Of a stretch of DNA of 64,000 nucleotides, positions 17,100 to 25,352 are shown piece after piece. This DNA comes from Verrucomicrobiota bacterium (GTDB taxonomy: Bacteria > Verrucomicrobiota > Verrucomicrobiia > Chthoniobacterales > UBA10450). Position 1 is the stretch's first letter. Every line of letters starts with the position of its first letter. The position numbers and the translations under genes were made by a program. The notes beneath the pieces were generated by a model. That model made no database searches, was not told the origin of the DNA, and saw only the letters and a list, made by a program, of their open reading frames with translations. The DNA is taken from assembly GCA_003218475.1 (NCBI GenBank), contig QHNR01000106.1, forward strand, positions 1,388 to 65,387, given 5' to 3'.

Positions 17100-19431
17100 G
17101 CTAGAGAGGGTTGCTCTCAGCCAGTAAAGTCCCGCTTCACGGCTGACGAGCACAAGGCGAAGCGCCTGGAGATCGCGCACGTGCTCTTCATGGACATCGT
17201 CGGCTACTCCATGCTGCTGACCGACGAACAATCGGAAGCGCTTCAGGAGTTGAACCAGATCGTGCGCAGTACCGAAGCGGCGCGCGAGGCCGAGGCTGCA
17301 GGAGAGCTTACTGTTTTGCCGACGGGCGATGGCATGGCGCTGGTTTTCGCCGGTTCAGTGGAACAGCCGGTCGAATGCGCCTTGGAGATTAGCCAAGCTT
17401 TGCGCGCGCAGCCGAGTCTGCCGGTGAGAATGGGAATCCACAGCGGCCCGATCCATCATGTGAAGGATGCAAACGGACGCGAAAACATTGCCGGCGTAGG
17501 CATCAACATCGCGCAGCGAGTGATGGATTGCGGCGACGCCGGCCACATTCTCGTGAGTAAACGCGTCGCCGACGATCTCGCGCAACACCGTCGATGGCAG
17601 CCGTACATCCATGAACTGGGCGACGTGGAAGTGAAACACGGAGTTGTTGTCTCGTTAGTTAATCTTTACGCCGAAACAATTGGCCAATCCCACGCCGCCG
17701 ACGCGGCTCGGAAAAGCCAGCGGCACCATCCGCAGTTCCAGAGTTAGGACACGCAAAGCACTCTCTCCGCTTGCCCGAGCGATCTTCATCGTCGCGGCGT
17801 TACTCCTCGCGCTTGCCATCGTGTCAGTAATTTTTGCGCCTGCGATCCTGCGGTCGCTCGGAAAAAGCCAGGTAACATCATCACCCCAGGTTCCAGCCAT
17901 TCCATCACCCCCGTCTCTCGCCGATACCATTAAGAGCGCAGTCGCCAAGCAGATCACCGATGAGTTGCAGGGCGAACTTTCTCGTAAGAAAAACGCCGCG
18001 GTCCAGCCACCTCCTACCGGTTCGGCGATCCCAGAGAAAAGCGTCGCTGTTCTGCCGTTCGACAATCTTAGCCGCGACCCGGACAACGCTTACTTTTGCG
18101 AAGGCGTGCAGGACGAGATTCTCACTCGTCTGGCAAAGGTATCAGACTTGAAAGTCGTTTCGCGTACATCGACGCAGCATTTCAAAAGCTCTCCAGATAA
18201 TCTGCCACAGATCGCGAAGCAGTTGGGTGTGATGCACGTCCTCGAAGGCAGTGTGCAGAAGTCTAACGATCAGGTGCGCGTGAATGTGCAACTGATCAAC
18301 GCGCTGACCGACGCGCATCTTTGGGCCGACACATACGATCGAAAGCTTACCGACATATTCGCGGTCGAAAGCGAGATCGCGAAAACGATTGCTGACACGC
18401 TACAGGCGAAGGTGACGGGCTCGGAGAAACAAATGATGGCGGCGCAGCCGACGAGCAACACGGAGGCGTACGAGCTTTATCACAAAGGAAAATCGCTGTG
18501 GGAGAAGCGTTCCGGTGATAATATTCCAAAAGCGATCGCCTATTACGAGCAGGCGATTGCGCGCGACCCGAATTATGCGCTGGCTTACACAGGTCTGGCC
18601 AAAGCCTATATCCTGCTCCCTTTTTACACGGGTGCGGACCGGCTCGATGCAGGCTCGAAGGCCAAAGACGCGGCACTCAAAGCTCTCCGTCTTGATCCCA
18701 ATCTGGCCGAAGCGCACGCCGCGCTCGGCAAGGTACTCTTTTTTCGCGAGATCGATTTGGCCGGCGCCATGCGCGAATACAAACGCGCGATCGAACTCAA
18801 TCCGAACGACGCGACGGCACATCATTGGTTCGGCAACGACAGCCTGGCAGCCCTCGGACGATTTGAGGAGGCCATTGCCGAAGGCAAGCGCGCGATTGAG
18901 TTAGATCCGCTGTCCACAGTTATTAACGTGGACCTGGGTGAAACCTTCTATTACGCCCACCGCTACGACGAGGCTGAGAGGCAAATGCGAAAAACCCTCG
19001 AGATTGATCCAACATCCTTCTACGCGCACTATAATCTCGGCATCGTTCTTCAATTAAAAGGCGACTTGTCTGGCGCGATTGCCGAATACAAAAAGGCAAA
19101 GCAATTAGGCGACAATCCACTTGTGTCGACGCTCTGCGCTCAGGCTAAAGCTCAGGCTGGCGACAAGGATGCCGCGCTGCGAATGCTGAGCGATCTCGAT
19201 AAGATAAGTCAGCACCGCGAAGTGGTTGGCTACTTGCGCGCTCTGCTTTATCTCAGCCTGAACAATAAAGATGAAGCACTGCGCTGGCTCGAACAGGGTT
19301 TCGCGGAACGCGATGGCTCCAATATCTGCTGGATCAAAGTCGATCCATTGCTCGATTCATTACACGGCGATCCGCGCTTCGAAGCGCTGGTCCAAAGAGT
19401 GGTCGCGCCGAAATCAGAAGCGAAGCAGTGA
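17100..19431 (+). pseudogene. paralog P4: class III cyclase head + TM + TolB-N-like + TPR, split by a frameshift and lacking an upstream ATG
   Basis: ORFs 17181..17747 and 17680..19431 overlap in different frames. Removing one base near 17682-17686 gives ..VNLYAETIG-NPTPPTRLGK.., a continuous protein. The homologous N-terminal region (..EHKAKRLEIAHVLFMDIVGYS) is open from 17100 with no ATG, and the first canonical start is the GTG at 17181. Confidence 0.7.
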
Positions 19432-19490
19432 AAATCGATAACTTCTTCGCCGAGCTGAAGCGACGCAATGTTTACAAGGTCACGGTTGCA
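19428..19490 (+). pseudogene. orphan N-terminal stub of an anchor-type paralog
   Basis: The GTG overlaps the P4 stop (GTGA). VKIDNFFAELKRRNVYKVTVA matches the anchor module for 21 codons, after which similarity ends. Confidence 0.45.
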
Positions 19491-19822
19491 GATATCGCCG
19501 CGCGCGCGATTATGAATCGTGCGGCGTCTCACGCCGCGCCGAAAGAGCTCGGCAGCGCCTGCGCCCATGCCACCGCCGCCATAAGAAGCTTGGTCAAAGT
19601 TATTCGTCCGCAAAAGATCTGAGCCAAGGCGATAAAGATGATTTACATCCGCACGCAAATTCGAGATCGAAATGAACCCTCAATTCGTTAGCTGCTTCGA
19701 CCCATCAGATGTTCATCGCCGCCCGCAGTTCGTTGCCTCCGCCGCGGTAGCAAAACAAAGAGCCGCCACGCGGCCCAGCGTGACGGCTGATTGCAAAATG
19801 CGGTTTGTCTCTTTCGGCAGTC

Positions 19823-21154
19823 CTAGTGATTATCCACGACCGTTTGCGCTGCAGGCTTGCTCAGTTCGAGCTGGGTACTCACCTTTTGCAAACCGGCGGT
19901 AAGCGCTTGAATTTGCTTTTGCTGCTCCGCGAGTCTCGACTGAAAGTCCTGCTTTAACTGCGCGATGGTCGCTTTCTGTTCCTCTAATGTCCGGTGTTCT
20001 TTCAGGAACTCGTTGAGCAACATCGCGTTCACCGCGTCGTAGCGCACGGTGTAAACCTTCCCTTCTGCATCTCGGACCACCAGGTCGGGGTTTACCTTCG
20101 CTACGTCCTCGGCTACGAGGCCAAACTGCGGGACACCCTCGGGGTCAAACTCTTTCTTGTAATGGAATGTGACCGGCTTGAGCGCCAGGATTGCTTCGCT
20201 TGCCTTGTCCATGGGCTTAATCTCATCCTTGAAGCGTGCCGATGAGGGTGTCGTCCCGAGTTGGCCATTGGCATTTATGAAAACTGGCGTTCCCATCGGA
20301 GCGGTCTTTCCCATAATCCCAGCGATATACGTGGCTGTCTGGGTTCCTATCGTGCCAATGCGGATGGTGTTGGCCTCGCCAGCAACACCAACGTTCCCGA
20401 CATCGATGTTGTTGTCACCAGTGGTGAGATTTGCACCGGCGAAATTGCCCAAGGCGATGTTGCCGATACCAGTTGTGTTATTCAAGAGCGCATCATAGCC
20501 GCTGGCCGTGTTGCTGTTGCCGGTTGTGTTGGAGAAGAGCGCAAAATAACCAATTGCCGTATTGTTCGGCCCGGTAGTGTTGGAGAAAAGCGCGAAACTA
20601 CCGGTAGCCGTGTTCCGGATGGCGGTGGTGTTGGAAAAGAGCGCGTCATGACCATCGGCCGTGTTGTTGTTCCCGGTTGTGTTGAAAGTCAGTGCAGCAC
20701 GACCAGTAGCCGTGTTGCGTTCGCCGGTCGTGTTGCTATTGAGCGCAGCAAAACCGTTGGCCGTGTTTCTAACGCCCGTTGTATTGGTGCTAAGCGCTGT
20801 AGAACCGGTGGCAGTGTTAGAGTCGCCCGTTGTGTTGCTGAAGAGCGCATCAAAACCTATGGCCGTGTTCTCGGTGCCCGTTGTGAGGCTGAAGAGGGCA
20901 TCAGTGCCCTCCGCGGTGTTGTCGCCGGCGTAGCCTCCGTCCGGTGGTGGCGATAGCTGTGCTTGCGCCGTCGGCGAAAGCACCAAAGCAGCGAGCACGA
21001 GTGGAATGAGAACTAAACCGTATCGCAAAGGCGACCGGCTGATCGAACTTGTTATCAGTGGAGTTTTCGCTTTGATGAAGCGCCTGTTCCGTTCCCCCCG
21101 ATTAGCTTGGCTCGACGGCGGGAACATCATTGGTTTAATAGGATTCTTTTTCAT
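19823..21154 (-). CDS. secreted tail-fibre-like protein: signal peptide, ten 17-aa repeats, C-terminal peptidase S74 (intramolecular chaperone) domain, coiled coil
   Basis: AAGGAG lies 7 nt before the ATG. Signal peptide LVLIPLVLAALVLSPTAQAQ. Repeats of the form NTAxGxxALxSNTTGxx. SSARFKDEIKPMDKASEAILALKPVTFHYKKE...FGLVAEDVAKVNPDLVV...VRYDAVNAMLLNEF matches the S74 autoproteolytic chaperone domain as I recall it. Confidence 0.8.
   Translation of the reverse strand: MKKNPIKPMMFPPSSQANRGERNRRFIKAKTPLITSSISRSPLRYGLVLIPLVLAALVLSPTAQAQLSPPPDGGYAGDNTAEGTDALFSLTTGTENTAIGFDALFSNTTGDSNTATGSTALSTNTTGVRNTANGFAALNSNTTGERNTATGRAALTFNTTGNNNTADGHDALFSNTTAIRNTATGSFALFSNTTGPNNTAIGYFALFSNTTGNSNTASGYDALLNNTTGIGNIALGNFAGANLTTGDNNIDVGNVGVAGEANTIRIGTIGTQTATYIAGIMGKTAPMGTPVFINANGQLGTTPSSARFKDEIKPMDKASEAILALKPVTFHYKKEFDPEGVPQFGLVAEDVAKVNPDLVVRDAEGKVYTVRYDAVNAMLLNEFLKEHRTLEEQKATIAQLKQDFQSRLAEQQKQIQALTAGLQKVSTQLELSKPAAQTVVDNH
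20411..20920 (-). repeat. coding tandem repeat, 51-nt (17-aa) period x 10
   Basis: Residues 79-248 of the tail-fibre-like protein: NTAEGTDALFSLTTGTE / NTAIGFDALFSNTTGDS / NTATGSTALSTNTTGVR ... Confidence 0.85.
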
Positions 21155-21296
21155 TTTCTTCTCCTTTACATGTGAGTTATTTTGTTTTGTCCGCGCGGGA
21201 GGCCTGAGGCGACTCGCGCGTGGTCAGTTTTGCTCTGCCCGTTATGAAAGTCTTTAAGTCGTGGCTGAATTTTTCTGAATTGTTGTGAAAACGACG

Positions 21297-23270
21297 ATGC
21301 AAGCTACGCCTGCTCACCTCTACGAATTTGGCGATTTCCGGCTCGACACGGCGAAACGGGTCTTGCGGCGGCTGGATGGGACGATGGTGCCCCTCACCCC
21401 AAGAGTGTTCGAAACGCTCCTTTATATGGTGGAGCATCACGATACCGTCCTCGATAAGGAACGGCTGATGGAGGCGGTCTGGCCTGATTCGATCGTCGAG
21501 GAGAACAATCTGAGTCAGAACATCTCGACGCTGCGGCGTATTTTTGGCGAAACGCCGGGCTCACACGGCTATATCGTGACGGTTCCGGGTCGCGGCTATC
21601 GCTTCGTTGCGCAAGTTAGAGAGCAAACCGACAATGGCAGTGCCACAGTCGAGGCAGAGGAAGCAACAGGACCAACATCGCCAGAGAATGGAGCGGAAGC
21701 GGCTACAGGAAAGGATCGACAGCAGTCGCCCGGAAAGACTGGCGGGCTCTTGGCGCTCGCCGTTCTCGGTGTAATTGCGCTCACGGCCGCGTTCCTTGCG
21801 CGAGGCCCGAGCGTTCGCTGGCCTGAGAAACATAAGATCGCAAAGGCACCTCCGGCACCGTCGTCCGGCACGGTGACCGATATCGTGCGCTCGATCGCAG
21901 TCTTGCCGTTCGAAAACCTAAGCGGCAACCCCGAAAACGCATACTTTACTGATGGAATCCAGGAAGAGATCCTGATGCGTCTAGCGAAGATTGCCGATCT
22001 AAAAGTGGTCTCGCGGACGTCGACAGTGCGCTATAAGAGGTCGCCGGAGAATCTGCGCGAGATCGCGACGCAGCTCGGCGTTGCAAACGTCCTGGAAGGC
22101 AGCGTCCAACGCACCGCTGACCGGGTGCACGTAAACGTGCAGTTAATTAAAGCGGCAAGTGACACGCATCTCTGGGCGGAAGCGTACGACCGAAAGCTGA
22201 CCGACATTTTTGCCGTTGAGAGTGAAATTGCGAAAACGATCGCCGATAGCCTGCAGGCGAAGCTGACTGGCTCCGAGCGAAACGCAATCGCGGCGCAACC
22301 GACAGAGAACACGGAAGCGTATCAACTTTATTTACGGGGTCGGTATCTTTGGAACAGGCGCACGGGCGAAAATCTTAAAAAAGCGCTCGCCTATTTCGAG
22401 CAAGCAGCTGAGAAGGATCCCCACTACGCCCTCGCCTACGCAGGCATGGCCGATAGTTGCGTTTTGATTCCCATCTACGCCGCAGGAACTCCTCAAGACT
22501 ATCTTCCTCGCGCGCGAGTTGCCGCGCAAAAGGCAGTCGAGCTCGACGATACGCTGGCCGAAGCGCACACCTCCCTCGCCTACGTGTTCTTTTATGATTT
22601 CGAGTATGCCCAATCGGTAAAAGAATTCGAACGCGCGATTTCCCTAAATCCGAATTACGCGATGGCCCACCTGTGGTATGGCTTAGGCCCGCTTTCGGCG
22701 ATGGGAGAGTTCGACAGAGCTATCGCCGAGGAAAAACGAGCCCTCGAGCTCGACCCAGTCTCGCCGATCATCAATGCTGATCTCGGGACCGTTTACACGC
22801 TCGCGCGACGATACGACGAAGCGATTGCTCAATTGCGCGACACGGTGGAAATGAATCCGCAATTTCATGGGGGCCACCGGTGTCTTGGATGGGCACTGGA
22901 ATTGAAAGGCGCGACCGGTGAAGCGATTGCCGAATATCACAAAGCATTCGAGCTAAGTGACGATCCGATAATGCTCGCGATGCTGGCTCACGCCGAGGCG
23001 AGCATTGGGAAGCAAAATCAAGCCCGGCAAATACTGGGCCAGCTCACCGAAGAGGCCAAGGCCCGCTACGTGCCAGCATACGCTTTTGCCGTGATTTACC
23101 TGGCGCTTGGCGAAAAGGATCATGCGTTAGATTGGCTGGAACAAGCGGCTCGCGATCACGACGGTTTCTATATCAACCTCATCAAGTTCGAACCATTTCT
23201 CGATCCCCTGCGTGGTGATCCTCGTTTCGAAACGCTTGTTTCCAGAATCTTGTCCGGGCCTGTAAAGTAA
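21297..23270 (+). CDS. paralog P5: ToxR/CadC-type winged-helix DNA-binding head + TM + TolB-N-like + TPR
   Basis: YEFGDFRLDTAKRVLRRLDGTMVPLTPRVFETLLYMVEHHDTVLDKERLMEAVWP...GYIVTVPGRGYRF (OmpR/PhoB-type trans_reg_C). TM segment LLALAVLGVIALTAAFLA. RSIAVLPFENLSGNPENAYFTDGIQEEIL. Tail DPLRGDPRFETLV. An alternative GTG start lies at 21285. Confidence 0.8.
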   Translation: MQATPAHLYEFGDFRLDTAKRVLRRLDGTMVPLTPRVFETLLYMVEHHDTVLDKERLMEAVWPDSIVEENNLSQNISTLRRIFGETPGSHGYIVTVPGRGYRFVAQVREQTDNGSATVEAEEATGPTSPENGAEAATGKDRQQSPGKTGGLLALAVLGVIALTAAFLARGPSVRWPEKHKIAKAPPAPSSGTVTDIVRSIAVLPFENLSGNPENAYFTDGIQEEILMRLAKIADLKVVSRTSTVRYKRSPENLREIATQLGVANVLEGSVQRTADRVHVNVQLIKAASDTHLWAEAYDRKLTDIFAVESEIAKTIADSLQAKLTGSERNAIAAQPTENTEAYQLYLRGRYLWNRRTGENLKKALAYFEQAAEKDPHYALAYAGMADSCVLIPIYAAGTPQDYLPRARVAAQKAVELDDTLAEAHTSLAYVFFYDFEYAQSVKEFERAISLNPNYAMAHLWYGLGPLSAMGEFDRAIAEEKRALELDPVSPIINADLGTVYTLARRYDEAIAQLRDTVEMNPQFHGGHRCLGWALELKGATGEAIAEYHKAFELSDDPIMLAMLAHAEASIGKQNQARQILGQLTEEAKARYVPAYAFAVIYLALGEKDHALDWLEQAARDHDGFYINLIKFEPFLDPLRGDPRFETLVSRILSGPVK

Positions 23271-23294
23271 TCTCGTGAGTTCGAGCGAGCGCCG

Positions 23295-25328
23295 ATGAAT
23301 CCGAAGGAATTCTTCGGCGAGGCAAAGCGACGCAACGTTTACAAAGTCGCCGTTGCTTATGCCGTCGCCGGTTGGGCGCTCGCCCAAGGCATCGCACAGG
23401 TTTTTCCGGTGTTCGGAGTTCCAAACTGGATCATTCAACTGATTGTCTTGTTGATCGTCATTGGTTTTCCGATTGCGCTTGTTCTGGCGTGGGTGTTTGA
23501 GCTGACGTCCGAAGGACTAAAACGAACCGAGGATGCCGATCTTGCGCGGCCCCGGGCAAAATCTCAAGCTTGGGTTTATGTCGCGGTTATCGGCGCTGTT
23601 TTGTCGATCGGATTATTTTTTGTCGGCCGATATACCGCCGTAAAGGCAAACGCGTCGGAAAATAGTTTCGTAAAATCAATTGCCGTGCTGCCGTTTGAGA
23701 ACATAAGCGACGACAAACAAAATAGTTACTTCGCCGACGGCGTGCAGGACCAAATCCTTACCAACCTGGCCAAGGTCTCCGAGCTGAAAGTCATCAGCCA
23801 CACAAGTGCACGCCAATACAAGAGCGGTGTGCAACGGAACCTGCGCGAGATCGGTAAACAACTCGGCGTTGCGTATATCGTTGAAGGTTCTGTCCAGCGC
23901 TCGCGGGACCGGCTCCGGATTAATGCGCAATTGATCGATGCTCGAACCGATACACACGTCTGGGCGGAGACCTATGATCGCACCGCGGCGGATTTGTTCG
24001 CAATTCAGAGCGAGCTTGCGCAATCGATTGTCGCACAGCTCAAGGCAAAACTTTCGCCCCAACAAAAAGCCGAGATTGAAGAACGTCCAACCCAGGATTT
24101 GGTCGCGTTTGAGCTTTATCTTCAAGCGAAGACAATCATCGACAGTTATATCAACGCGACCGATGTGCGGGCCGCGCTGCTCCAGGCATTGAAGTCGCTC
24201 GACGAGGCAATCAAGCGCGATCCGAACTTCGTCTCCGCGTACTGTTATGTCGCGCTCGCGAACGACCTTCTTTACTTTTTCGATCTCGATGCAACTCCAG
24301 AGCGGATCACGCTGGCTGAAAATGCGGTGAACAATGCGTTGCGGCTCCGTCCCGATTCAGCGGAAGCCCGTTTCGCGCGGGCCGATTATCTCTTCCGATG
24401 CCTCCGCGACTACGATCGCGCGCTCGAAGAACTTGCCATTGCGCGACCCGGCTTGCCGAACAGCACGCCGTTTTTCATTCTCTCCGGTTACATCAATCGC
24501 CGTCGCAATCATTTTCCCGAAGCCGAACGCGATTTCTCCACGGCGTTTGCGCTCGATCCGCGGAACCCCAATGCTTACAATCTTCTCGCCGACACTTACG
24601 TGCTTGAACGCCGGTTGCAGGAAGCGGTCCACGTCTATGACAATGTCCTCGCTGCCGGCGAAACTGTTCCGATCGTCTACTTCCGGCGCGCTTCGAGCAT
24701 CCAATCCGGAACCGGCGACATCCGCCCACTTCGCGATATTCTGGCAAAATTTCCGGACATGGAATTTGCCGGCGGTCAAACACCGGTCCGGGTTTGGATC
24801 TCGATGCTCGACCATGACTATACGCGAGCGGAAAAATTCCTGGCCGATTCGCCGCGAAAAGATTTTCAAGACATCGATTTCAGCTTTTATTTCCCGAAAT
24901 CGTGGTACGAAGCGATGATAACGCGCGAGAAAGGCGACGCCGCCAAAGCGACGTCTGCTTTTCGCGAATGCCGCGAAATTCTCGCGCAACGATTGGTCGT
25001 TAAGCCGGAGCACGCGCGAACAATCGCCGTACTCGCGCAGGTTGATGCCAATCTTGGCCAAAAAGATTTGGCGATTAGCGAGGCGCAACATGCCATCGAT
25101 CTGATGCCGACATCGAAAGATATTTACGACGGCGCTCTGGTGTTAGAAGGCCTTGCTCAGGTTTACACTTGGAGCGGTGAACACGACCGCGCCATCGAAG
25201 TGCTTCAAAAACTTGTGTCGATGCCAGGCTACACCAACTACGGCCGTTTGAAGCTTTATCCGTTGTGGGCTCCGCTGCGCGGCAATCCTAAGTTTGAAAA
25301 CATCGTAACGTCCCTTGGTCCGAAATAA
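23295..25328 (+). CDS. paralog P6: 2-TM anchor + TolB-N-like + TPR
   Basis: FFGEAKRRNVYKVAVAYAVAGWALAQ..AWVFELTSEGLKRTED, KSIAVLPFENISDDKQNSYFADGVQDQIL, tail YPLWAPLRGNPKFENIV. Confidence 0.8.
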   Translation: MNPKEFFGEAKRRNVYKVAVAYAVAGWALAQGIAQVFPVFGVPNWIIQLIVLLIVIGFPIALVLAWVFELTSEGLKRTEDADLARPRAKSQAWVYVAVIGAVLSIGLFFVGRYTAVKANASENSFVKSIAVLPFENISDDKQNSYFADGVQDQILTNLAKVSELKVISHTSARQYKSGVQRNLREIGKQLGVAYIVEGSVQRSRDRLRINAQLIDARTDTHVWAETYDRTAADLFAIQSELAQSIVAQLKAKLSPQQKAEIEERPTQDLVAFELYLQAKTIIDSYINATDVRAALLQALKSLDEAIKRDPNFVSAYCYVALANDLLYFFDLDATPERITLAENAVNNALRLRPDSAEARFARADYLFRCLRDYDRALEELAIARPGLPNSTPFFILSGYINRRRNHFPEAERDFSTAFALDPRNPNAYNLLADTYVLERRLQEAVHVYDNVLAAGETVPIVYFRRASSIQSGTGDIRPLRDILAKFPDMEFAGGQTPVRVWISMLDHDYTRAEKFLADSPRKDFQDIDFSFYFPKSWYEAMITREKGDAAKATSAFRECREILAQRLVVKPEHARTIAVLAQVDANLGQKDLAISEAQHAIDLMPTSKDIYDGALVLEGLAQVYTWSGEHDRAIEVLQKLVSMPGYTNYGRLKLYPLWAPLRGNPKFENIVTSLGPK

Positions 25329-25352
25329 ATTTCTTCAGGAGTTGGAAAAAAC

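Noticed and set aside
20261-20956. 231-aa plus-strand ORF opposite the tail-fibre-like gene
   Set aside because: It is an artefact of the 51-nt coding repeat. The minus-strand frame has a signal peptide, an SD sequence and the S74 domain.
19823-21154. Tail-fibre-like gene as evidence of a prophage
   Set aside because: No other phage-type genes (integrase, terminase, capsid, baseplate, lysis) lie within 20 kb on either side. The protein has a Sec signal peptide, so a cellular surface fibre is more likely.
24357-25091. 244-aa minus-strand ORF inside P6
   Set aside because: It is antisense to a paralog whose reading frame is validated by alignment to four other family members.
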